Source: a virus | Virus record (IMG/VR): IMGVR_UViG_3300028844_006119 | Coordinates: 78,187 to 142,186 of that record | DNA: 64,000 bases | Direction: 5' to 3' (one strand) | Part shown: positions 35,973 to 44,941 of the stretch, piece after piece | Position numbering within the stretch: the stretch's first letter is position 1 | How the letters are laid out: the number at the start of each line of letters is the position of its first letter | Made by a program: the position numbers and the translations under genes | The notes under the pieces: model-generated | What the model was told of the DNA's origin: nothing | Database searches by the model: none | What the model saw: only the letters and a program-made list of their open reading frames with translations

Positions 35973-36847
35973 TCAAGTTTTGCAATGAAAGAGTGCTCTC
36001 TTTTGAGCTGGATTACCTGGACGTCATGTGGGAAATCGAGCCCACAACTGAGGACGTTCAGGAGTACCAGTTCTTTGTAGAGCGCTCTGAGGCGGAGGCA
36101 GGGCCTTGGCTTCAGATTGCAGGACCCCTCGTCGATGTCTACCGATTCCGGGACAACGCTACTCCCCAGATTACGACCAATGCCCGGACTCTCTTCTACC
36201 GAGTAAAGGCACTTCATTCCCCTACCGGAAGGATTGTCTACTCTCCTCTTTTCGACCAAGAGGGGCCTATTTCTTTACACGCTAAAGAAATGGTGAGACT
36301 GGAGAGAGTGCTGTTTGAGGAATTCGTCGCAATCCACTGTTGGATTTTCCCTCGCCGCACGTTTGGGCAGAGATGCCCGAACTGCTATGACGACGTCCTG
36401 GACAAAGTCATTGATGACTCCTGCCCTACCTGCTGGAGTACCGGATTCAGTGGCGGTTACCACCACCCCATCTCTTTTTGGGCCCAGATTGATGCCCCAG
36501 AGCAAACGGAGCAGGTGTCTCTTGAGGACCACCGAAGGGTGCTGTATTACCAGATTCGGTGTGGCCCAAGCCCCGCGCTGAAGCCTATGGACCTAATCAT
36601 CGATCACCAAAACAGAAGGTACCGGGTGGTGACGGTCTCCGGCACTGCCCGACTGGGGGTAACTGTTCGGCAGGAGGCACGTCTGGTCCAGATCCAGAGG
36701 GGCTCCATCGAGGACAAGATCCCGCTGAAGGTAGATACTGCTACAGTAAAGAGATTCCCAGAAAAGGTCTTTACCAACCCCCACTCGTTAGAGGCCGCAG
36801 AGCCTGACATCTCTAGCATCTTCGGTGCCTACGGATACACCCCATGA
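35969..36847 (+). CDS. Putative head-closure/neck protein with CxxC pairs
   Basis: FN3-like N-terminus; CPNC...CPTC..TGF.GGY; position in neck region. Confidence 0.5.
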   Translation: MIKFCNERVLSFELDYLDVMWEIEPTTEDVQEYQFFVERSEAEAGPWLQIAGPLVDVYRFRDNATPQITTNARTLFYRVKALHSPTGRIVYSPLFDQEGPISLHAKEMVRLERVLFEEFVAIHCWIFPRRTFGQRCPNCYDDVLDKVIDDSCPTCWSTGFSGGYHHPISFWAQIDAPEQTEQVSLEDHRRVLYYQIRCGPSPALKPMDLIIDHQNRRYRVVTVSGTARLGVTVRQEARLVQIQRGSIEDKIPLKVDTATVKRFPEKVFTNPHSLEAAEPDISSIFGAYGYTP

Positions 36848-37200
36848 CGAATCGCAAGACGGACAACGGAAGGCCCTTCACTCGAGGGATGCTTCTTCCG
36901 GCTGCAGCAACCGGCGCTGGGATGTTTGCCGGAGGCATGATGGGTGCCGCCGGAGCACGGGCCATTCTCCGCTCCCCCGGTATGGCAGAAAAGCTCCGCA
37001 GAATGAGCCCGGCACAAAGAAAGGTCTTCGGCGAGCGAGCCCTTCTGGTGACTAATACCGCAGGCAACATGGCTGGGGCTGGGGCCGGGTACCTCGCCCA
37101 CTCGCTCTTTCAGGACGAGATGGACAAGAGAAAGAAGAGCAGGGAGAAGACTGCCTCCGCGTTTCTCTACTGCTTGGAGTACCTAAACAGCTATGAGTAG
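36844..37200 (+). CDS. Small basic Gly-rich membrane-like protein with C-terminal EKTAS
   Basis: AAATGAGMFAGGMMGAAG; AGAGAGYLAH; FQDEMDK...EKTASAF. Confidence 0.7.
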   Translation: MTNRKTDNGRPFTRGMLLPAAATGAGMFAGGMMGAAGARAILRSPGMAEKLRRMSPAQRKVFGERALLVTNTAGNMAGAGAGYLAHSLFQDEMDKRKKSREKTASAFLYCLEYLNSYE

Positions 37201-38032
37201 CCCCACTATCAGACGATCTGCGCTTGAGTTGGGCCGGGGAGACGACCCAGTTGTCTACTCCCTGCGTCTATACGTGCAGTATCTTCAGGGGCTTTTTAAC
37301 TTCATGCCTAAGGGCTCCTTTTATTGGGACCCAGACAAGGAAGTCTCTGAGATCGTCATTAGGGCGCAGGCTCCTTTAGATCTCAAGACGGTAGGGAAAC
37401 GCCCCGCGATCACTGTGGTGATGGGCCCATATAACTTCTCCAATATCGGCCTCGACAATCTTTTATCGTATAATCCTCGGACGGGGGCTCGGGTCCGAAC
37501 GGATCTGATCAGCGGCCACTTGGTGGTATACTGTATAGCGAATTCGGACATCCTGGCGATGAGGCTGTCCCACCTGGTCGCGCACCACACTCGAGTCAAC
37601 CAGCGCCTACTGGAGAGCCCGGGAGGATTTCATTCTATCGCTCGACCTGCCCCTCAGGTAAACTCCCCCAGCCCTCCGGGACAGCTGGTGATGGGTGACC
37701 CAGGACAGCTGATCATGACTCAGGTCAATATCCCCTTTCAGATGCAATGGACGTGGGAAACTACCCCAAAGCAGTCCGCTCAGTTAAGGTCGCTTAGCAT
37801 GATCACCGATAACCGCCGCCCCTCAGAGGTTGAATATCAGGAGCCTACGCAGGTAGAATCAATTACTCTTGCTATGTCGACTTCTGATGTGCGGGTGCGT
37901 CGATTAAACAATAGAAGTATCATCACCCAAAGTGACGGACTTCCCACCAGTTCAAAGCCCTCGGTAGTCAAGATCCACGATGGTATTGATGACTTCCAAA
38001 CTTCCGGCCTAGAATCTTTTCAGGAGAATTAA
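37193..38032 (+). CDS. Putative tail terminator/completion protein
   Basis: Directly upstream of sheath; RPAITVV motif typical of this position. Confidence 0.45.
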   Translation: MSSPTIRRSALELGRGDDPVVYSLRLYVQYLQGLFNFMPKGSFYWDPDKEVSEIVIRAQAPLDLKTVGKRPAITVVMGPYNFSNIGLDNLLSYNPRTGARVRTDLISGHLVVYCIANSDILAMRLSHLVAHHTRVNQRLLESPGGFHSIARPAPQVNSPSPPGQLVMGDPGQLIMTQVNIPFQMQWTWETTPKQSAQLRSLSMITDNRRPSEVEYQEPTQVESITLAMSTSDVRVRRLNNRSIITQSDGLPTSSKPSVVKIHDGIDDFQTSGLESFQEN

Positions 38033-38035
38033 TCA

Positions 38036-41000
38036 ATGGCTTCCGAGACCCGCCCTGGCGTTATCGTTGTGCAGGAGCTTTCAGAGACGCCCGCGGCTGT
38101 CTCGGCCCCTACACTTGTTCCTGTTGTTGTCGGCCCTTGCTATCAGATCGTCGAGGCTCTTGAGAGCGACGGCTCTCTGAATGCAGACGCACAGTATGCC
38201 GACGAGCAGTACAACCAGGTGGCACTTGCCATCCCGCAGGCAGATCTGCCTGACCCCCGCAGCAACATCACCGAAGTCAATATCGATGAGTCGCAGGTGG
38301 GCCTGAGTCTGTACTTCGGTGGCCTGCTGGCCACGGTTGCGCGGGGCTCCAACAGCAGCACTGGGTCTTCCTTCCTTAAGGGAGTCAACCTCTGCGCGAA
38401 GCCCGCAATCTTCACGGACGAAGTCAGCGGCACCTACGATTTCACCAGCTACGGCGATGCCGGTGCGCTGCTGACTCTGGCCTTTGATCTTCCCAGCTCC
38501 TCCGTCACCTCCAACGACGTGACGATTACGTTCACTGGTTCGATGACGGCAACCGAGGTTGCGGACGCGATCAATGGCGCTGTGGGCGCAGATGTCGCCG
38601 AAGTCGTCGACAGCACCAACAGCTACGGGATCTCCAGCTTTACTAGCGCCGCTTACGAGCTGGTTCTGATCTACACAGCAGGGTTCGGCGCGACCTCGAA
38701 CATCACTGTTCGGGCCAACGGCTCGGCTCTCGCAGTCCTCTTCACCGGACTGTCCACCTCCGTGGACCACCGCATCGAAGGTGCTGGCTTCCGCGGAGAG
38801 GATGATGATGACGGAGACCTCACTACGCCTTGGATCGAGTGGCACCGCGGGGCGTACAAGTTTGGTACCCCCGGTACCGCGCTGACAGGCAACGCCTCCG
38901 CAGATGACGCGTTCAACACTTCCGGCGGCCCCGGCCCCTCTGCTGCAGACTTTGTGGGGCTCATTGACCTGAATGGTGCGTACACCGGCTCCAAGGCCAC
39001 GGATGTCACCTTTACCGGAAGTGCTCCGGTCGTTCCTCTTTCGGCAGCCACGACCACCCTCGAAGGGGATGAGTTCTGGGGCGATGGCTCTCAGGTCGGA
39101 GACGGCGTAATCACTGTCGTAGAGCAGCGACGGTTTAAGGTCGGCGTCCTGGACAACGCACTGTCTACCTTTGACGGTAACGGTGACCCCACTTCGGCGG
39201 TCTACACTACCCTCGAGGTCAACACCCCCTCCCACGGAACCCCGTTTTCTCCGAAGTACTCGTACTTCGTTGCGAACAACTTGGTCTACGGGGAGGTCAC
39301 TCCCGAGGGAACTGCAGCCGCAGTCACGGGCTCGATCACTGGCCTCGCTCCGCAGTCGGCCACGGTTTATACCTCGACGGTTTCTTCTTCCTGGCTCACG
39401 GCTATGCCGGCCACCGACGTACTCCTGTCTGGGGGCACTCTGACCATCCAGATCACGGAGGACGGAGTTCAGGGTGACGAAGTTACCTTTAACTTTGCCG
39501 AAGGTGCCGCGCACGCTGGTGCGTATGCGACCGTCGCAGAGATTGCGGCCGATCTGACCTCCGGGTTTGACGGTGTCACAGTTACTGCGTTTGATTCTGA
39601 TGGCGACGGAGAGGATGACTCCCTGGTCTTCCAGACCACTAAGACTGGCTCCGACCAGAGCATCAGCGTGAAGACGACGGGCACCAACAGCATCGCGTCT
39701 AGCTTGGGCATCACCTCTACCCTTACCGGTACCGGTAAGGACTACGAGTTCGCAGAGCAGGCGATCATCACGGGCGATTACATCACCGTGCCGCTGCCCT
39801 CCGACCAGAGCGCTGCCATTGAGTTCACCGTCGTTGACTCCTTTGGTACGCATACCTTCGACGCAGGGGCTGCCGCTACCACAGCACTGGCGGACCTGGA
39901 TGCTCTCGGACAGGCAATCTCGGGAGACACCTCGCACGCCAGTGGCGTCTACAGCGTCAACCTGAACGCGACCTCTGGCGGCTTTGAAGTCGCGACTCTG
40001 TACTTCATCGACGAAGACGGAGATGTCATCACCAACCCTGTCGGCGCCCTCAATGGTCGCATGGTCATCAAGACCACGCAGGGCGGTAGCAGCGTCGACG
40101 TGTCCGTGGATTCTACGGACGACACGGATCTGATCCTTCTCGGCTTCACGGACACCGGCTTCGCTGCGGAGCTCAGCGGTGACGTCGTGGATGGAAGTAG
40201 CATCCTTGTAAACACCGCTGGCGATACTCTCACGGTGTACGACGGCACTACGACTTGGACGTTCACCGCTTCCGGGGACATTACTACGGCGGCTGCGCTA
40301 GTCGCTGCGCTGAACGATGATGCTGAGGCACAGTGGGGCGGAGATGCTGCTGCGGTAACTGCGGCGGCTCACTTCTTTGTGGTTCCCCAGTCTGTTGTGG
40401 GAACGAACCAGATCGGGGTCCGGCTAATCAACGGCGGAACTCTAACTCTAGGCGGCACCCAGACTCAGAGCCTTACCGGCGGAGCCGACGACTCGGTTGC
40501 AGCGGCCAGCAACACCGATACCGGAGTGGATGAGCTCTCGGGCACGCGCCTGGCGTTCACCCTCGATGAGAACCCTTACGTCTACGAGATCGACTTCACG
40601 TCGAACTCGCTCGACGACGGTGTCACTCTCATCAACACCACTATCGGCGGCTCTTCCGACATCGCCTCTGAGAGCGGCGGTGCCTTGGCACTGACCTCCA
40701 GCTTTGCTGGTGCGGCTTCTCGGGTCACGATTGACGACACAACGACTGCTGAGGTCACCAACGACAACGCCGAGGACGCAGGTACGGTCCTGGGAGTTAC
40801 CAGTGGTGATTCGACAGGCTCTGGCCGCCCCAACCCTGATTTCTACCAGGACGGTTCCGGCACGGTGTACGTCGGCGCGAACATCCTGCGAAACCGAAGC
40901 ACTGGCGTTCCGTACAGCCTGGCTTCCGCCCTTGCAGACATCTACTTTGACTATGTCGGCCTCCGGCTGGATGTCTCGCCTGCTGCTGCCGACCCGGCGC

Positions 41001-42349
41001 TGCTGAGCTTCAACGATGTGACCACGATGATTGCGGCCATTGGCCCGGTCAGCACGGACAACCCGTTGGCTCTTGCCTGCTTCCTGCAGCTCTCGAACGC
41101 TCCCAGTCAGTCGGTCTCGGCTCTGGGCCTCAGCGAGACTTCCGCCGCCGCACCCCTGGGTTCGGTGACGGCACATGCAGAGGCTCTGGACTTCCTGGAG
41201 GCTAAGGAGGTCTACGCAATCGCTCCTCTGACGGATGATGGATTCGTTCATCAGCTGTACGCGACGCACGTAGAGTCCATGTCCGCTCCTTCCGAGCGGG
41301 GTGAGCGCATCGCCATCGTGTGGGCTCCGCAGCCTACCCGTGACACGGATGACTCCATCCAGTCCGGCACAGACGCGGAGACCAACGGCACCGACAGCTC
41401 AGTGACTCTGGGAAGCAACCCAGTCAGTGCCATCATCGGTGCGGGCGCCTCGGATGTTTCCGCTCTCACCGTGGCGGACGGCATCTACATGGAGGTGGTC
41501 ATCGTCAGCCTCGGGTCTACCGAGGTCCGAAACTACAGCCTCTCGTCTCAGACCGGCGTGATCAGTGCCTTCCGCACTTCTTTCGCCTCGGGCGAGAATG
41601 ACGATGGCTTCTACTCGACCACCGCATTGGATGGAGATGCTGGGTACACCAGCATGACCTACGCTATTCGTAAGCGTGGGGAACTCCTGTTGGTGACGGG
41701 AACGACCATCCCCGACTATGGGGCGATTGCAACCGCCGCCGCCGCGACTGGAGCTTCTTACGCCAGCCGTCGTGTCTTCCATGTCTACTGTGACTCGGTC
41801 GATACTTCGATCGACGGTGTTGTGACCAACGTGCCCGGCTACTACACCTGCGCTGCGATCACCGGCATGATTGCTGAGCAGCCTCCGCAGCAGCCCTTTA
41901 CTCGCCTGTCCATGACCGGTTTCTCCAAGGTGTACGGCTCTGACGACACCTTCAGCGAGAACCAGATGGACACTATCGCTGATGGGGGTCGGTACATCCT
42001 CATCAACCAGGGTGGTCGGATCGCATCCCGCCACCAGAGGTCTACCGCGAGTACCAGTATCGAGGCTCGTGAGCTCTCGATTACTAAGGCGATTGACTAC
42101 CTGGCCAAGGGTCTTCGGGCCACGAACCGGGTGTACATCGGTCGTTACGTCATCAACCCCGGATTTATCGACCAGCTGGTCATGTCGAACGAGGGTTTCC
42201 TCGCTCGCACCGTCCAGTCGGGCGTGGTGAACTCCGCCGCACTTAAGAGCGTGCTCCAGGATGAGAGTGCGCCCGATACAGTCCTCATTGAGGTCGAGGT
42301 TGCCCCGGCCTACCCCTGCAACAAGATTCGAATCACCATCGTTTCGTAA
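38036..42349 (+). CDS. Contractile tail sheath protein with very large inserted domain array
   Basis: N-terminal RPGVIVVQE...PVVVG; C-terminal RELSITKAIDYLAK..R...YIG...IEVEVAPAYPCNKIRITI. Confidence 0.85.
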   Translation: MASETRPGVIVVQELSETPAAVSAPTLVPVVVGPCYQIVEALESDGSLNADAQYADEQYNQVALAIPQADLPDPRSNITEVNIDESQVGLSLYFGGLLATVARGSNSSTGSSFLKGVNLCAKPAIFTDEVSGTYDFTSYGDAGALLTLAFDLPSSSVTSNDVTITFTGSMTATEVADAINGAVGADVAEVVDSTNSYGISSFTSAAYELVLIYTAGFGATSNITVRANGSALAVLFTGLSTSVDHRIEGAGFRGEDDDDGDLTTPWIEWHRGAYKFGTPGTALTGNASADDAFNTSGGPGPSAADFVGLIDLNGAYTGSKATDVTFTGSAPVVPLSAATTTLEGDEFWGDGSQVGDGVITVVEQRRFKVGVLDNALSTFDGNGDPTSAVYTTLEVNTPSHGTPFSPKYSYFVANNLVYGEVTPEGTAAAVTGSITGLAPQSATVYTSTVSSSWLTAMPATDVLLSGGTLTIQITEDGVQGDEVTFNFAEGAAHAGAYATVAEIAADLTSGFDGVTVTAFDSDGDGEDDSLVFQTTKTGSDQSISVKTTGTNSIASSLGITSTLTGTGKDYEFAEQAIITGDYITVPLPSDQSAAIEFTVVDSFGTHTFDAGAAATTALADLDALGQAISGDTSHASGVYSVNLNATSGGFEVATLYFIDEDGDVITNPVGALNGRMVIKTTQGGSSVDVSVDSTDDTDLILLGFTDTGFAAELSGDVVDGSSILVNTAGDTLTVYDGTTTWTFTASGDITTAAALVAALNDDAEAQWGGDAAAVTAAAHFFVVPQSVVGTNQIGVRLINGGTLTLGGTQTQSLTGGADDSVAAASNTDTGVDELSGTRLAFTLDENPYVYEIDFTSNSLDDGVTLINTTIGGSSDIASESGGALALTSSFAGAASRVTIDDTTTAEVTNDNAEDAGTVLGVTSGDSTGSGRPNPDFYQDGSGTVYVGANILRNRSTGVPYSLASALADIYFDYVGLRLDVSPAAADPALLSFNDVTTMIAAIGPVSTDNPLALACFLQLSNAPSQSVSALGLSETSAAAPLGSVTAHAEALDFLEAKEVYAIAPLTDDGFVHQLYATHVESMSAPSERGERIAIVWAPQPTRDTDDSIQSGTDAETNGTDSSVTLGSNPVSAIIGAGASDVSALTVADGIYMEVVIVSLGSTEVRNYSLSSQTGVISAFRTSFASGENDDGFYSTTALDGDAGYTSMTYAIRKRGELLLVTGTTIPDYGAIATAAAATGASYASRRVFHVYCDSVDTSIDGVVTNVPGYYTCAAITGMIAEQPPQQPFTRLSMTGFSKVYGSDDTFSENQMDTIADGGRYILINQGGRIASRHQRSTASTSIEARELSITKAIDYLAKGLRATNRVYIGRYVINPGFIDQLVMSNEGFLARTVQSGVVNSAALKSVLQDESAPDTVLIEVEVAPAYPCNKIRITIVS

Positions 42350-42361
42350 TAGGAGAACAAA

Positions 42362-42808
42362 ATGGCCGTTTCCGCAACAGCTAAGTCCCTCATCAACGCC
42401 GACAGCTACAGCACCAAGTGGCATCAGAAGCGCATTCACCGCAAGCTGGATGACCGCGATGATGTCCTGGACGAGGCTCTTCAGATCATCGAGTCCCATG
42501 ACGCAAGTGCGCTTCCCCGCATGACCGGCATGACCGGCTTCGGTCTTTCTCAGGCCAGCCCCGGCTCGTCCTCCGCGACTCTGACTGTCGGAGGAGCCGG
42601 CTGCACGGCTGCCTCTACGGTCACGCTTGTCCTGGGCGCTACTTCCATCGATGTCACTGCCGGCGTCAACGAGGTCACGGTCGACACCGACGGCGACGTA
42701 GACACCGTTATTGCGGCTACTACCGCAGGCGGTAAGGACGTAGTCCCGGTCTACCTGACGGTGGATGGTGTGCTTTGCCCCGTCATCACCCTGATTACTC
42801 TGGCCTAA
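42362..42808 (+). CDS. Virion accessory protein (paralogous N-terminus with next gene)
   Basis: AGGAG RBS; YSTKW..RIHRKLDDRDDVLDEAL. Confidence 0.7.
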   Translation: MAVSATAKSLINADSYSTKWHQKRIHRKLDDRDDVLDEALQIIESHDASALPRMTGMTGFGLSQASPGSSSATLTVGGAGCTAASTVTLVLGATSIDVTAGVNEVTVDTDGDVDTVIAATTAGGKDVVPVYLTVDGVLCPVITLITLA

Positions 42809-42817
42809 GATAAGTAA

Positions 42818-43426
42818 ATGCCAGTCTCTAAAGCCCTAGAAAGCGCTACCAACTACGCTACTCGCTGGACCAGCGAGCGCGTGGAGCGCCGTTTGGACGA
42901 TAGAGACGACCTACTTAGCGAAGGCCTCTACAACCTCGAGAACCGTACCGTCACTCTCTCGGGAGACGCTACGGGGACCGGAACCGTAGACAGTAGTGGT
43001 GATCTAGACATTGCGGTCTCCCTAGCAAGCTCGTCCTTCGCGGGACTTGCTTCTACGGGAGATCTTGATGTCGACGGCGACACTACGATGGGTGGCGATC
43101 TAACATTCGATAGCACCGTCTCCCAATCCATCACCGGACCGGTGACCGCATCTCTTTCGCTATCGCCCGGAGCTGCGGATCAGTCCCTACTTCTGTCTAT
43201 TCCTACCTACGGGAATATGGTGGAGATGAACGGCCCCAACATGGGGTTTTTCAGAGCAAGTCCTGTCGGGCAGCCCTCGAGCACCGGGGAGACCTCCGGC
43301 GTCACTGCAGGATTGGGCACTGCCCTTAATGATGATTCTACTTTCACTGGTGGAGTCGGTACGACTGCATACACCATTAGTGATATTGTGAAGCATCTCA
43401 AAAACCTAGGCCTGCTCGCGCAGTGA
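42818..43426 (+). CDS. Virion accessory/fiber-like protein
   Basis: YATRW..RVERRLDDRDDLLSEGL; TLSGDATGTG fiber-like segment. Confidence 0.65.
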   Translation: MPVSKALESATNYATRWTSERVERRLDDRDDLLSEGLYNLENRTVTLSGDATGTGTVDSSGDLDIAVSLASSSFAGLASTGDLDVDGDTTMGGDLTFDSTVSQSITGPVTASLSLSPGAADQSLLLSIPTYGNMVEMNGPNMGFFRASPVGQPSSTGETSGVTAGLGTALNDDSTFTGGVGTTAYTISDIVKHLKNLGLLAQ

Positions 43427-43449
43427 TCTCCATCCTTTAGGAGCCTAAA

Positions 43450-44148
43450 ATGGCATCTCTTTCTCAGTGGTCTCCGTACGAGGACAACGTCCAGGGCGGC
43501 ATGTCCGACGGGCGCTTCATGAACGCCGCATACACGGTCGTGTGTGCAGGCCCTCCTCGCCTCTCCCAGGTCGGCGGTCCCGAGTTCCTCGGCGCTGCCC
43601 TGGCTGCCGGCTCCGGTACCGAGGACATGCTCGCGTACCCGATTGGCGTGATTCAGAACTTCAATCTGAGCCACAACATGCAGCTGAGCCGGATCTTTGA
43701 GCTCGGCTCTGTCCGGTCGTACTTCATCCCCGGTCGGGTGATGGGTCAGATTGGTCTTGGTCGCGTGCTGTACCACGGCCCGTCGCTTCTGCGCGTGCTG
43801 TACGCGTACTACACCGACATCATCCCGCCCACGTTTGTGGATCCGGTCTTCTCGAACATTGGCGCTGCTACGGTCGCCAACCCGCACGATGTCATCATCC
43901 CGCCGGGCTACGAGAACATCTTCCTCAACCTGGCTTCGGACCTCTTTACTCAGCCTGTCGGTCTGCTTCTCCTCATGAAGGACAGCAACGAGGACACTCT
44001 GGGTGCTGGTTACTTCGAGTCGTGCTACATCCCCAACCACAGCATCTCTACTGACGCCATGGGCACGCTCATCCAGGAGCAGGCCGGTGTGCAGTTTGAG
44101 CGCATGGTTCCCGTCAACACCGAGGTTGTCGGCCTAATCACCGGATAA
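43450..44148 (+). CDS. Tail tube protein
   Basis: Downstream of sheath; IGVIQNFNLS...RIFELGS...YFIPG...YFESCYI...EQAGVQFERM. Confidence 0.7.
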   Translation: MASLSQWSPYEDNVQGGMSDGRFMNAAYTVVCAGPPRLSQVGGPEFLGAALAAGSGTEDMLAYPIGVIQNFNLSHNMQLSRIFELGSVRSYFIPGRVMGQIGLGRVLYHGPSLLRVLYAYYTDIIPPTFVDPVFSNIGAATVANPHDVIIPPGYENIFLNLASDLFTQPVGLLLLMKDSNEDTLGAGYFESCYIPNHSISTDAMGTLIQEQAGVQFERMVPVNTEVVGLITG

Positions 44149-44158
44149 AGGAAGAGAC

Positions 44159-44401
44159 ATGAATAAGATCGCAATGTACGAAGAGCTGCTCGAAAATCAC
44201 CCTCTCTGGAGCAAAGAAGGAGGCATTAGTTCGGGGCTGAAGGCCCTGAAGGCCTCCGGTCTGAAGGCCTCCGGTCTGAAGGCGGGGACGGCTAAGAAGA
44301 TGCTTGCAGCACGACCGATGTCGCAGGGGGGGTCGCAGAGATGGATGATGAAGAGCACACCATCGCTGAGGCAGAATGTCGGGTCTCTTTTCAAGAGGTA
44401 G
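44159..44401 (+). CDS. Leader-bearing (MNKIAMYE...KEG) small basic peptide precursor
   Basis: AAGGAAG RBS; same N-terminus as 12755..13177; 15-nt tandem repeat gives (LKASG)2. Confidence 0.7.
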   Translation: MNKIAMYEELLENHPLWSKEGGISSGLKALKASGLKASGLKAGTAKKMLAARPMSQGGSQRWMMKSTPSLRQNVGSLFKR

Positions 44402-44408
44402 GTAAGCG

Positions 44409-44696
44409 GTGGATCTTGAAGTCCTACATTTCTTCTCTGATGAGGTGGAGAAGACTGCGTCTGGCCCGTGGAATCAGAACGCTGGCGCGTTCGCAAGTGT
44501 CGCCGGGGAGCTGGACGATGGCGGCGGGTTCACTGTCTCTGATCTTCGGAAGTACCTGCGCTACCCACAGTCGCGATCCTCAGTTCAGCGACCTACTAAG
44601 CCTACGGTGATGTGGACCTCCTCGGATGCAGAGGACTGGCTCATCTTCAGCCCAAACAAGCACCGGGCGTTTGTTCGCTGGGCTAGAGGCAAATGA
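44409..44696 (+). CDS. Leader-bearing (LHFFSDEVEKTA) small protein
   Basis: GTG start with AGGT RBS; leader nearly identical to next gene. Confidence 0.7.
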   Translation: MDLEVLHFFSDEVEKTASGPWNQNAGAFASVAGELDDGGGFTVSDLRKYLRYPQSRSSVQRPTKPTVMWTSSDAEDWLIFSPNKHRAFVRWARGK

Positions 44697-44740
44697 TGGA
44701 TCTCGAAGTCTTACATTTCTTTTCTGATGAGGTGGAGAAG
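44409..44740 (+). repeat. 45-nt direct repeat encoding the shared leader (44409..44453 and 44696..44740)
   Basis: 41/45 identical; differences are the start codon and three synonymous positions. Confidence 0.9.
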
Positions 44741-44941
44741 CTCGCAGCGAAGAGTCGGCACAACTACTACATGCGGAATCGTAATCAGATTCTGCAGAAG
44801 CAGCGTCAGTACCGAGCCAAGAACAAGGCCGGTATTGCACGCAGGCAGAAGATGTACCGGCGGAAGGTAAAGATGGGCGCGCATAGACAGCGTAAGCGCA
44901 TCTCTACGGGCCACTCCTACACCTACGGCGGGTACAGATAG
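44693..44941 (+). CDS. Leader-bearing (LHFFSDEVEKLA) protamine-like Arg/Lys-rich peptide precursor
   Basis: 64 aa after the leader: 21 K/R, no D/E. Confidence 0.75.
   Translation: MMDLEVLHFFSDEVEKLAAKSRHNYYMRNRNQILQKQRQYRAKNKAGIARRQKMYRRKVKMGAHRQRKRISTGHSYTYGGYR

Noticed and set aside
38081-39937. 618-aa antisense ORF, and similar long antisense ORFs (8355..9281, 17710..18606, 21897..22694, 41399..42499)
   Set aside because: Shadow frames of strongly codon-biased, GC-rich genes on the opposite strand; no RBS or recognisable motifs
44246-44283. 15-nt tandem repeat ctgaaggcctccggt, and 9-nt atgaccggc repeat at 42521
   Set aside because: In-frame slippage duplications with no effect on reading frame
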